16,497 bases of DNA from a virus: positions 1 to 16,497 of IMG/VR virus record IMGVR_UViG_3300029203_000022; one strand, written 5' to 3'. The notes beneath the pieces were generated by a model, which was given only the letters and a program-made list of their open reading frames with translations, had not been told where the DNA came from and did no database searches. The position numbers were made by a program, and so were the translations under genes. Shown piece by piece: positions 8,548 to 15,347 of this stretch; the stretch's first letter is position 1; each line of letters begins with the position of its first letter.

Positions 8548-8749
8548 TCTTGTCACTTCTTTCTACATTCAGAATATCACATAATTTCTGCAATATCAAT
8601 GTGTTTTCATTTAATGCCGTTGTAAACTTGTCTGTTTCTGCTTTGTGACTTTCATCAAGTTTCATACAATACCATGCTAAACATAAACACATTACTATAG
8701 GAAAACCCACTGTTGTAATAGCCTGCAAAATAGCCTGCATTGTTTCCAT
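8540..8749 (-). CDS. Holin (single-TMD, BhlA/UviB-like architecture)
   Basis: 69 aa with one hydrophobic helix (AILQAITTVGFPIVMCLCLAWYCM) followed by a charged coiled C-terminal half. Sits immediately upstream of, and overlapping, the endolysin. RBS AAAGGCGGTGA. Confidence 0.7.
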   Translation of the reverse strand: METMQAILQAITTVGFPIVMCLCLAWYCMKLDESHKAETDKFTTALNENTLILQKLCDILNVERSDKNE

Positions 8750-8781
8750 ACACTCACCGCCTTTCTTTTATTCTCTTTTTA

Positions 8782-8810
8782 ATTATATCATATTACTTGA
8801 AATTTTGCAA
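8782..8810 (-). promoter_or_regulatory. Candidate sigma-A promoter of the late (lysis/structural) operon
   Basis: Minus strand reads TTGCAA (8805-8810), a 17-nt spacer, then TATAAT (8782-8787). It lies about 33 nt upstream of the holin ATG. Confidence 0.65.
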
Positions 8811-8825
8811 TATATATGTTATAAT
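8797..8825 (+). promoter_or_regulatory. Candidate sigma-A promoter of the packaging ATPase gene
   Basis: TTGAAA (8797-8802), a 17-nt spacer, then TATAAT (8820-8825) preceded by TGT (extended -10 TG). It lies 45 nt upstream of the ATPase ATG. Confidence 0.7.
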
Positions 8826-8870
8826 AAATTAGGATAAATATAGTTAATTTTAAGAAAAGAGTACAACAAT

Positions 8871-9911
8871 ATGAGTGAAAATAAATACTATGACGGCACA
8901 AAATTGTTATCAATGAAAGACATAAATGGATTAAAGCCCGAACTGTTTTTATGTACTACCAATAGAAGCGGTGGCAAAACAACTTATTTTGGTAGACTAT
9001 TAATAAACAGATTTCTAAAATATGGTAAAAAATTCTGTTTGATTTATAGGTACAATTACGAGCTTGATGATGTATCTAATAAGTTCTTTAAAGATTTACA
9101 AACATTGTTTTTTAGAAACTATACTATGGAAAGTGAACGTTGTGCAAGTGGTATCTATCATAGTTTGTTTTTAAATGAGCAACACTGTGGTTATGCAATT
9201 AGTTTAAATAGTGCAGACCAGTTGAAAAAATATAGTCACTTACTTAGTGATACTGATAGTATGTTATTTGATGAATTTCAGAGCGAAACTAATCACTACT
9301 GTAGTGATGAAATAAGAAAATTTATTAGCGTACATACCAGTATAGCAAGAGGTCATGGAGAGCAAGCGAGGTATCTTCCGGTATATATGTTAAGTAATGC
9401 GGTTAGTATTATTAACCCTTATTATACAGAGCTGGGAATATCTGAAAGATTAAACAGTGAAACTAATTTCTTAAAGGGTGACGGGTTCGTACTGGAAAGT
9501 GGCTTCATAGAAACTGCAAGCAAAGCGCAAAAAGAAAGTGGTTTTAATAGAGCATTTAAGAATAATCAGTATGTTGCATATTCAAGTGAGAATGTGTACT
9601 TAAATGATAACACTGCTTTCATTGATACACCAGTAGGAAAAGGAAAATATGTTGCAACACTAAGATATATGGGTCATGATTATGCAGTGAAACAATACAG
9701 TGAGCAGGGTTTCTTATATATTGATGATAAAGCAGATAGTACTTTTAGAAGTAAAATAAGTGTTACTGTTAATGACCATGATATTAACTATGTTATGTTA
9801 AAACAGAATGATTTATTTATTAGTCAGTTAAGATATTATTTTGAAAAAGGTTGTTTTAGATTTAAGAACCTTAAATGTAAAGAAGTCTTATTTAAGACTA
9901 TTAGTTATTAG
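8871..9911 (+). CDS. DNA encapsidation (packaging) ATPase, phi29 gp16-like
   Basis: 346 aa. Walker A is NRSGGKTT and Walker B is SMLFDEF. INRFLKYGKKFCLIYRY and LSNAVSIINPYY parallel phi29 gp16 INRFIKYGEQFIYVRRY and LSNAVSVVNPYF. It is the only supported gene on the plus strand. Confidence 0.95.
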   Translation: MSENKYYDGTKLLSMKDINGLKPELFLCTTNRSGGKTTYFGRLLINRFLKYGKKFCLIYRYNYELDDVSNKFFKDLQTLFFRNYTMESERCASGIYHSLFLNEQHCGYAISLNSADQLKKYSHLLSDTDSMLFDEFQSETNHYCSDEIRKFISVHTSIARGHGEQARYLPVYMLSNAVSIINPYYTELGISERLNSETNFLKGDGFVLESGFIETASKAQKESGFNRAFKNNQYVAYSSENVYLNDNTAFIDTPVGKGKYVATLRYMGHDYAVKQYSEQGFLYIDDKADSTFRSKISVTVNDHDINYVMLKQNDLFISQLRYYFEKGCFRFKNLKCKEVLFKTISY

Positions 9912-10026
9912 GTATCTGCTATTGTATGTTCACTTGATACTGCTAGGTAGCACGTTTGAAAGATAACGCTAGTATGTATTGTCGTAAATGCTGTGCGCTT
10001 GTGTTCTGCAATAGTTATAGATATAG
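9912..10026 (+). ncRNA. Candidate structured RNA (3'UTR-derived or independent; pRNA-like hypothesis)
   Basis: Non-coding. 9912-9926 can pair with 10007-10024 (6 bp + 9 bp, with a 3-nt bulge at 10016-10018). Three of the pairs are G.U and would be C.A mismatches on the minus strand. The helix encloses ~80 nt and is followed directly by a strong plus-strand terminator. I found no clear dedicated promoter. Confidence 0.3.
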
Positions 10027-10063
10027 AAAAGGCAAGAGTTTTACTCCTGCCTTTTTGTTTTTT
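10027..10063. terminator. Bidirectional rho-independent terminator (strong on plus, weaker on minus)
   Basis: aaaa-ggcaagagt-ttt-actcctgcc-tttttgtttttt forms a 9-bp stem with one mismatch. The long T-run is on the plus strand and only tttt on the minus strand. It sits between the convergent ATPase gene and the end of the early operon. Confidence 0.8.
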
Positions 10064-10322
10064 ATTTATAACAATTTAATATTAATTGACTAATATCGCT
10101 TTTAGCTTCGTGTAATATTTTTGATATAGTTGTATTAAAATCACATGGTATTCTTATTTCATATTCATTACTACTTATTTTAATATATAACTGTATTATT
10201 ACCCTATTATATTCTTCTTTCAATTTATAACTAGTAAATTCAAGTTTTGTGTATTCTTCAACTAAACATTCTATTATAAAATCAGCAAATTTATTAAATT
10301 TTTTCATATAATATTTATCCAT
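10062..10322 (-). CDS. Hypothetical small early protein (86 aa)
   Basis: ORF with strong RBS AAAGGAGAA 6 nt before the ATG at 10322 (MDKYYMKKF...). The track's upstream start (10370) lacks an RBS and overlaps the preceding ORF. Confidence 0.6.
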   Translation of the reverse strand: MDKYYMKKFNKFADFIIECLVEEYTKLEFTSYKLKEEYNRVIIQLYIKISSNEYEIRIPCDFNTTISKILHEAKSDISQLILNCYK

Positions 10323-10335
10323 AATTTGTTCTCCT

Positions 10336-10569
10336 TTACTTATAAAAATGATTGTGTATATCTGTTGCAATTAATATGTTTAATGACAGTACAATTTCTC
10401 TTGTATCTTTTTTCTTTATAAAATCGTATGATAATAACTTTGAAATGTATAAACCATTTAAACAATATTCTATTTTATACTGCTCTGTAAGTGGTACATC
10501 ATAAAACTCGATTGACCCTCTAAATCTTTTGCATAGTTCCTGCACTACTTTTTCCATTTTATCATTCAT
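10336..10569 (-). CDS. Hypothetical small early protein (77 aa; alternative start at 10650 would add a hydrophobic N-terminus)
   Basis: The ATG at 10569 (MNDKMEKVV...) is preceded by AAGGGAGAG. The ATG at 10650 has no recognisable RBS. Confidence 0.5.
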   Translation of the reverse strand: MNDKMEKVVQELCKRFRGSIEFYDVPLTEQYKIEYCLNGLYISKLLSYDFIKKKDTREIVLSLNILIATDIHNHFYK

Positions 10570-10706
10570 ATATTTATCTCTCCCTTGTAAAATAATCACA
10601 ATCATATTTGTACTTACAAAAACAACATATATGATTGCAAGTCTTTTCATGTTTCTTTGCTTTGTGTCTGTAATATAAATCTACTATCCGTGTTATCATA
10701 TTATTC

Positions 10707-12650
10707 TCACCTCATTTCATATGTCGTGTCCACTAGTAATACACCACCTTTAATTCTCTTAGGTAATAATTTTCCAGGAACACATAAACCAACTTTAAAG
10801 TCACTATAGTCTCTTTTTGTTGCTAAGAATTTTAATTCGCTTTGTGTATAGTTATCACTCTCCTTTACTTCATAACCCTGCATTGATTTATTAAATAAAT
10901 CTTTACATTTCTGTGGCATACCTGCACACTTAATATCATTGTATGGTTCATCAACTGGAATTAAATCATTATGAGTTATGTGTTCTATGTATGTTTTCTG
11001 TCTTGTAAAAATAGCTGTGTCCCAACTACTCTCAAGTTTCCAACAACAAAATTTTACTGGGTCTACTGTTATTCCTTTTATCTTATCAGCAGGTAAATCA
11101 CAATGAATACTGTCAGTATCAGCGTAAATAAATCCTGCTTTATCTACTCCATAATAGTTCTTTTGAGCTGCTGTGATTGTAAAGTTACGAGCATATGATG
11201 TTATTGCACTACCAGTTGCTATATGCCCTACCTTTTTGTTATTAGCAGGAACAATATAAAAACCTATACTTTCATCATCTTTTACATATGCAACCTTAAA
11301 ACTACTATTGGAACTACTAGCTAGTTTACCATAAAGATTATTAAGAAATAGTTTTGCTTCTGTACGCTTTGCACCTTTACTGTTCATTTTAATTTCTGCA
11401 TAATGATTGATGTAATTATCAAATATTCCTATGTCAGAATAAAACCAACAACCGTCTAAAATTTCAAAGTCAACCAGTTCATAGTGCTTTAACATTAACT
11501 TATAATCTGTCATGGTTACTGTCATTATTTGTGCGGTATCTTTTATATTGCCATTGATATCTTTATAATATCTATTATAGTTTCCGTTTTTGTCTAATAC
11601 ATCACTAGTTGTTAATGACTCTGTACCTTTATATAAATGGTTGCCTTTTATCTGAATAAATGGCAACATATTTTCTTTAATGTAAAAACGTGTTTTTATT
11701 CGTAAAAAGTAATATTTATTTTCTCCTATAGCTTCATTAGGTATTATATTACCACTCCAAAAATATGGCTTACCAATTGGAAAATAGTTACCACTTTGTG
11801 AATGCATCATACTTGGATATAAAGAGTTTACGTCTCCAGTTGTTCCGTTATGTCTAACCTTGTTTTCTTTTCCTTTTACTAAGTAGCACCAACCCCCTCT
11901 ATAACTATGTCGTATATATTCATCAGCATTTGATGAACCATAAATATTTTTATCTAGTGTAAATTCATCAAGCGCAGGGAATAAATCGTTGTAGTCATAA
12001 GCACCTAATGAGTTTTTGTATTCTGCTACACAACACGAACCTATTGTTAATTTATCATGCCCGTCGTTGAATAATTGTTCAAGTGCTTCTTTAACCACTA
12101 ATACATCATTTGCTATATATTTCTTTTCTTCATCAGTTATATTGCAACCTGCATATCTATAGCCAGTGTATTCCATTTCTAATTTTTGATGCTTTGTTTT
12201 AAATGATTTTCCTATTTGATATACTGAAAATGGCAATAACTTTAAACTATCTCTTAGTTCAATAAAATGGTTATTAACTTTAATAGTAAGCATATACCAT
12301 TGACCCATAGAGGATATAGTATATCTAAAAGTATTATTTTTCATGTATTTTTCTTTTATAAATTCACCTTGTGTTCCTTCTTCATTAAATGACTCGTATG
12401 CCTGCTCATATTTTAAATCAGTCAATAAATATGATAGCCAAAAATTTCCGTCAAATTTAAGGTTATGATAGTATGCTATTATGTCACAATCTAATGACTT
12501 AAAATAATTAAACTGTTCATTTATAGAATGAAAAATCTGAACGTTTTCGGTGTATAATTCTACGCTTGCACTAGCCCACACTTCAGTAGATTTCTGACCC
12601 TCATATACTGTAGTCTCAAAATCACACATGAATTTTCTATAGTTTCTCAT
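10707..12650 (-). CDS. Protein-primed family-B DNA polymerase (phi29 gp2-like)
   Basis: 647 aa. ExoI is DFETT, ExoII is HNLKFDGNF and ExoIII is YIANDVLVV. It also has YRGGWCY, motif A DVNSLYPSMM, motif B KLFLNNLYGKLAS, motif C IYADTDSIH, KxY RQKTYIE, and KCAGMP. All are collinear with phi29 DNAP. Confidence 0.97.
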   Translation of the reverse strand: MRNYRKFMCDFETTVYEGQKSTEVWASASVELYTENVQIFHSINEQFNYFKSLDCDIIAYYHNLKFDGNFWLSYLLTDLKYEQAYESFNEEGTQGEFIKEKYMKNNTFRYTISSMGQWYMLTIKVNNHFIELRDSLKLLPFSVYQIGKSFKTKHQKLEMEYTGYRYAGCNITDEEKKYIANDVLVVKEALEQLFNDGHDKLTIGSCCVAEYKNSLGAYDYNDLFPALDEFTLDKNIYGSSNADEYIRHSYRGGWCYLVKGKENKVRHNGTTGDVNSLYPSMMHSQSGNYFPIGKPYFWSGNIIPNEAIGENKYYFLRIKTRFYIKENMLPFIQIKGNHLYKGTESLTTSDVLDKNGNYNRYYKDINGNIKDTAQIMTVTMTDYKLMLKHYELVDFEILDGCWFYSDIGIFDNYINHYAEIKMNSKGAKRTEAKLFLNNLYGKLASSSNSSFKVAYVKDDESIGFYIVPANNKKVGHIATGSAITSYARNFTITAAQKNYYGVDKAGFIYADTDSIHCDLPADKIKGITVDPVKFCCWKLESSWDTAIFTRQKTYIEHITHNDLIPVDEPYNDIKCAGMPQKCKDLFNKSMQGYEVKESDNYTQSELKFLATKRDYSDFKVGLCVPGKLLPKRIKGGVLLVDTTYEMR

Positions 12651-13189
12651 ATATTATCTAAATCAGTAAACCCAAAATATTCGTTAATATCATTAGATTG
12701 AATTGCTGATACTCGTGACATGTCGTGATTTGATAATAAAGGTATTAAATCTTCTGTTTTTGCCTGCACTACTTCTGAATATACACTCTCATTTATACTA
12801 TCTATGGCAGATATAATTTCTTCTTCATTTTGTTGTAAATAATACTCGTACTGTTCACTTCCAAAATCTTCTTGCATCTGTTTTATAATTCCTAAAACAG
12901 TATAGTAAAAATTTTCGAGGTTATAGTCTATAGCTTCACCGCCATGTGTGTATGCTTGTTTTTTACTAGGTAAAGCCTGCAATCTTGAAATAATACTATC
13001 TGTCACTGTATAAGTTTCTGCGCTTTGTCTTTGTGCTATTTCTGATTGTAAATCTTGCAAAGTATCTTGTGATATTCTTGTTGGAAAAGCTTTTAACCCT
13101 TGTGTATCAATACCTTGTTGCTCTGCTTTGTCTAATATAGCTTGATATGCTTTTTGATTTTTTGATAGTCGTTTCTTTGCCATACTCAT
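12647..13189 (-). CDS. Putative terminal protein (phi29 gp3 position)
   Basis: 180-aa ORF directly upstream of the DNAP with an ATGA stop/start overlap. It has a basic N-terminus (MSMAKKRLSKNQKAY) and an acidic C-terminal half. The genome has ITRs and a protein-primed polymerase, so a TP is required. There is only weak similarity to phi29 TP. The start could be the second ATG (13183), judged on RBS spacing. Confidence 0.5.
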   Translation of the reverse strand: MSMAKKRLSKNQKAYQAILDKAEQQGIDTQGLKAFPTRISQDTLQDLQSEIAQRQSAETYTVTDSIISRLQALPSKKQAYTHGGEAIDYNLENFYYTVLGIIKQMQEDFGSEQYEYYLQQNEEEIISAIDSINESVYSEVVQAKTEDLIPLLSNHDMSRVSAIQSNDINEYFGFTDLDNI

Positions 13190-13212
13190 TTTTCTCCTCT
13201 CTGAATTAATAA

Positions 13213-13240
13213 GACCCCTGCTAACTTAATAGCAAGGGTC
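13213..13240 (-). other. Intergenic stem-loop between the SSB and TP genes
   Basis: gacccctgct (13213-13222) / agcaagggtc (13231-13240) forms a 10-bp stem with one mismatch and an 8-nt loop. On the minus strand only a weak U-rich tail (uuauuaauu) follows. It may be an attenuating terminator or a processing/stability element. Confidence 0.35.
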
Positions 13241-13256
13241 AGCAGAAAAATAAAAT

Positions 13257-13613
13257 TTATTTTACTGATTTTACATCAAGGGCACAGTCGATATAAGACC
13301 TGCCTGCCTTTGTTGTACCGCTAATTTTGATAATACTGAAGTGTTTACCATGCATGATATTAGAAATGTTATCAAAACTACGCTTGAAAGTAGCTGACTG
13401 ACAAGAGAATACCACATTGTTTGGTGTAATGATTGATAATATATCAACACTATCTCCGTTCTCTTTTTCGTCTGTGAATGTAAGATATCCTGCTACTGGA
13501 ATACTTGTGTTGTCCTCGACATCCTTTAATGACCGAATACCTCTATCCACTGTCATTAAGTACTGCTCTACCTCTGTAAAATCTTTTGACTGTGTATTAA
13601 TTGTAATTGCCAT
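13257..13613 (-). CDS. Single-stranded DNA-binding protein (phi29 gp5-like)
   Basis: 118 aa against 124 aa for phi29 p5, and it occupies the same operon slot (after p6, before TP). The C-terminal FSIIKISGTTKAGRSYIDCAL resembles phi29 p5 FKVKVVQGTSSKGNVFFSLQL as I recall it. RBS AAAGGAGA. Confidence 0.55.
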   Translation of the reverse strand: MAITINTQSKDFTEVEQYLMTVDRGIRSLKDVEDNTSIPVAGYLTFTDEKENGDSVDILSIITPNNVVFSCQSATFKRSFDNISNIMHGKHFSIIKISGTTKAGRSYIDCALDVKSVK

Positions 13614-13635
13614 GTTTGTTTATCTCCTTTTCTTT

Positions 13636-13971
13636 TTATTCTGCATCTACTGTCTCTGCATCTGTTGACTCTGCATCTGTATCTACGATATACTCTTTAC
13701 GTGTAACAGGGTCAAGTATCTTTGCTCCCTTGATAAAGTCTGCTTCATCCATGCCATAAAGTTCGTTAACCTCCTTAAGTGAGCGAATTGCAACAAGTGT
13801 GCAAGCATCTGTGTTGTAAAGTTTTGATGATATTTTTAATGCTTTGTCCTTGTCAGCAAACTTGCCAGTAAGTGTAAACTCCTGCTCGAATGTCTCAGCA
13901 GTCTGTGGATTTACGCATAAAGCTGTGACTGATGTTGAAATAATTGTACGTGTAACCATTGGTTTTCTCAT
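13636..13971 (-). CDS. p6-like histone-like dsDNA-binding protein, paralog A (acidic C-tail)
   Basis: 111 aa. The N-terminus MVTRTIISTSV and the segment EVNELYGMDEADFIKGA parallel phi29 p6 MQREITKTTVNV and TEVYELPVEKFLEVA. The acidic tail DTDAESTDAETVDAE is like that of p6. It sits first in the replication operon, immediately before the SSB. Confidence 0.6.
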   Translation of the reverse strand: MRKPMVTRTIISTSVTALCVNPQTAETFEQEFTLTGKFADKDKALKISSKLYNTDACTLVAIRSLKEVNELYGMDEADFIKGAKILDPVTRKEYIVDTDAESTDAETVDAE

Positions 13972-14025
13972 AGTCTTTTTTCTCCTTTTCTTTGTGCTAT
14001 GATTTGTAAAGTTAAATGTAATAAA

Positions 14026-14054
14026 GTTGTAACACCATAAGGTGTAGTAGTCAA
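14026..14054 (-). promoter_or_regulatory. Candidate promoter for the p6A-SSB-TP-DNAP operon
   Basis: Minus strand reads TTGACT (14049-14054), a 17-nt spacer, then TACAAC (14026-14031) preceded by TGT (extended -10). Confidence 0.4.
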
Positions 14055-14089
14055 GTTGATTTTTTGCAATCTATTTGATGATAGCTTTA

Positions 14090-14260
14090 CTATCTCTTGA
14101 CTATTATGCAGGAAAGAAAATCATCTGCTATATGACGAATTGCAATTTTACAATCCTCGCGATATATAGTTTCTATAGTAGCTCCTAGTTTATCAGTTTC
14201 AACCTCAATCTTTTGTGTATTGGGGTCTGTAATAAGCTGTGCATATAATGTTTCTATCAA
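14090..14260 (-). CDS. Unannotated small ORF (56 aa, TTG start), hypothetical
   Basis: Not in the ORF track, apparently because it is shorter than the shortest ORFs listed there. TTG at 14260 is the first possible start after an in-frame stop. It is preceded by AAAGGAAGTGA with 6-nt spacing, the same RBS style as other genes here. The translation LIETLYAQLITDPNTQKIEVETDKLGATIETIYREDCKIAIRHIADDFLSCIIVKR has balanced, protein-like composition. Confidence 0.4.
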   Translation of the reverse strand: MIETLYAQLITDPNTQKIEVETDKLGATIETIYREDCKIAIRHIADDFLSCIIVKR

Positions 14261-14291
14261 TGTTAATCACTTCCTTTTTTCTTTGAGGAGT

Positions 14292-14330
14292 CCGCACTAT
14301 TGAGTGTCATATTGCCTAGCAATAGTGCGG
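14292..14330 (-). other. Perfect 11-bp stem-loop in the leader upstream of the small ORF
   Basis: ccgcactattg (14292-14302) and caatagtgcgg (14320-14330) flank a 17-nt loop that can itself form attgc/gcaat. No U-tract follows on either strand. Confidence 0.6.
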
Positions 14331-14380
14331 TATCATAGTATTAAAGCAAACGTTTTGTAAAAGATGTATTACCTCTTTAC

Positions 14381-14408
14381 ATATTATATAGTACAGTAGT
14401 AATGTAAA
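14381..14408 (-). promoter_or_regulatory. Candidate internal early promoter
   Basis: Minus strand reads TTTACA (14403-14408), a 16-nt spacer, then TAATAT (14381-14386). An overlapping TATAAT (14383-14388) would give only a 14-nt spacer. Confidence 0.35.
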
Positions 14409-14420
14409 TGCAGTATGACT

Positions 14421-14438
14421 AAATTGTGAACATTTTAT
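14421..14438. promoter_or_regulatory. 18-bp box aaattgtgaacattttat, copy 1
   Basis: Exact 18-nt direct repeat of 16328-16345. It lies 12 nt upstream of the candidate -35 at 14403-14408 (minus-strand sense). Confidence 0.7.
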
Positions 14439-14466
14439 GAACTTTTCCGCATTTCAGTTTTCTGTA

Positions 14467-14486
14467 ATTTACGAAAATTTACGAAA
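14467..14486. repeat. Tandem 10-bp direct repeat atttacgaaa x2
   Basis: Two exact adjacent copies (14467-14476, 14477-14486), between the stop of ORF 14498-14746 and the 18-bp box. Confidence 0.85.
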
Positions 14487-14497
14487 ACTTGTGCAAA

Positions 14498-14746
14498 TTA
14501 TCCATAAATTTTTTGCATCATTTTATGATAATAATACATGTAATTCATATTACATTGTAACATAAACATCTTTTCTTCATAATCTATTCTATCTGCAAAA
14601 TATAAATATTCTATTTTATACAATAATAAACTAAATAACTGTGATATTATTCTAATACTATCATTTTTACCAATTAACATAATTTCAAATTGACTATATT
14701 CCTTGTAAATTAATCGGTTTAAAAAATGTTTTCTTTTCTGTGTCAT
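14498..14746 (-). CDS. Hypothetical small early protein (82 aa)
   Basis: The ATG overlaps the stop of the upstream ORF (ATGA), suggesting translational coupling. No recognisable motifs. Confidence 0.6.
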   Translation of the reverse strand: MTQKRKHFLNRLIYKEYSQFEIMLIGKNDSIRIISQLFSLLLYKIEYLYFADRIDYEEKMFMLQCNMNYMYYYHKMMQKIYG

Positions 14747-15039
14747 ATTATAAAAAATCTCCTTTCAATTATCCTGTGATAAAGCTTAACTATGTTATCA
14801 GAGATTTCTTTTGATGAAACACCATACATCATGTCATATGTAAGTGTATCAAGGAAAAATCTTTTTTCACCTAACTCACGTGTTTTAACTATGATATACC
14901 ACATATTTTCTATATTAGCATACCCATAAAATATTTTACCCTTTACTTTTGTAGCAACTTTGGTTGCTATTTCTATAACAAAATCTTCGTAAACTTCATC
15001 AATATCAGATTGTGACATTTTTCTATTTTTGTATAACAT
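14743..15039 (-). CDS. Hypothetical small early protein (98 aa)
   Basis: RBS AAGAGGT lies 10 nt before the ATG. No recognisable motifs. Confidence 0.6.
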   Translation of the reverse strand: MLYKNRKMSQSDIDEVYEDFVIEIATKVATKVKGKIFYGYANIENMWYIIVKTRELGEKRFFLDTLTYDMMYGVSSKEISDNIVKLYHRIIERRFFII

Positions 15040-15058
15040 GTTTTTTTGTACCTCTTTT

Positions 15059-15259
15059 CTATTCTTCTACTTTAACGTAAATCATTTCTTTTCTTGATAA
15101 TGCTTTAAAACTTATTACTTTCAGTCGTGATAACTGTTTGTTTTTCAATATTTGAGAACGAGTATAAAACTCGTCGATGCCATACTGTATATCATGCAAC
15201 CAAAAGCTAGTAGTAGCACTAAGTTTGACTAAAGTGCCTAACTTTATATTGTTAGTCAT
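15059..15259 (-). CDS. Hypothetical small early protein (66 aa)
   Basis: RBS AAAGAGGTGA lies 6 nt before the ATG. Confidence 0.6.
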   Translation of the reverse strand: MTNNIKLGTLVKLSATTSFWLHDIQYGIDEFYTRSQILKNKQLSRLKVISFKALSRKEMIYVKVEE

Positions 15260-15300
15260 TTATTTTCACCTCTTTCATTATTTACTATATTCAGTTGTAA

Positions 15301-15347
15301 AGCCTATGCGTGGACTTGCACCACGCTGTGCGCTTTACGCTTAGGCT
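15301..15347. other. GC-rich branched stem-loop element (loop ACTTGCA)
   Basis: Inner hairpin gcgtgg (15308-15313) / ccacgc (15321-15326) has a 7-nt loop acttgca. A possible outer stem is agcct (15301-15305) / aggct (15343-15347). It is intergenic between two minus-strand ORFs and very GC-rich for this genome. Confidence 0.55.

Noticed and set aside
10570-10706. The 137-nt gap after the DNA polymerase stop as a possible RNA gene or promoter
   Set aside because: I found only weak hexamers (TTTGTA, 17 nt, GATTAT) and short palindromes (catatatg, ttgta-ag-tacaa), with no stable helices. Part of the gap may be coding if the ATG at 10650 is used.
15301-15347. tRNA-like appearance of the GC-rich element (stem plus 7-nt loop resembling a T-arm; minus-strand loop UGCAAGU)
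   Set aside because: It is only ~47 nt with no D-arm or anticodon arm. The loop lacks the conserved UUC of a T-loop (G replaces the second U, at the pseudouridine position). The stems are 6-7 bp rather than 5 bp. It is not a tRNA gene.
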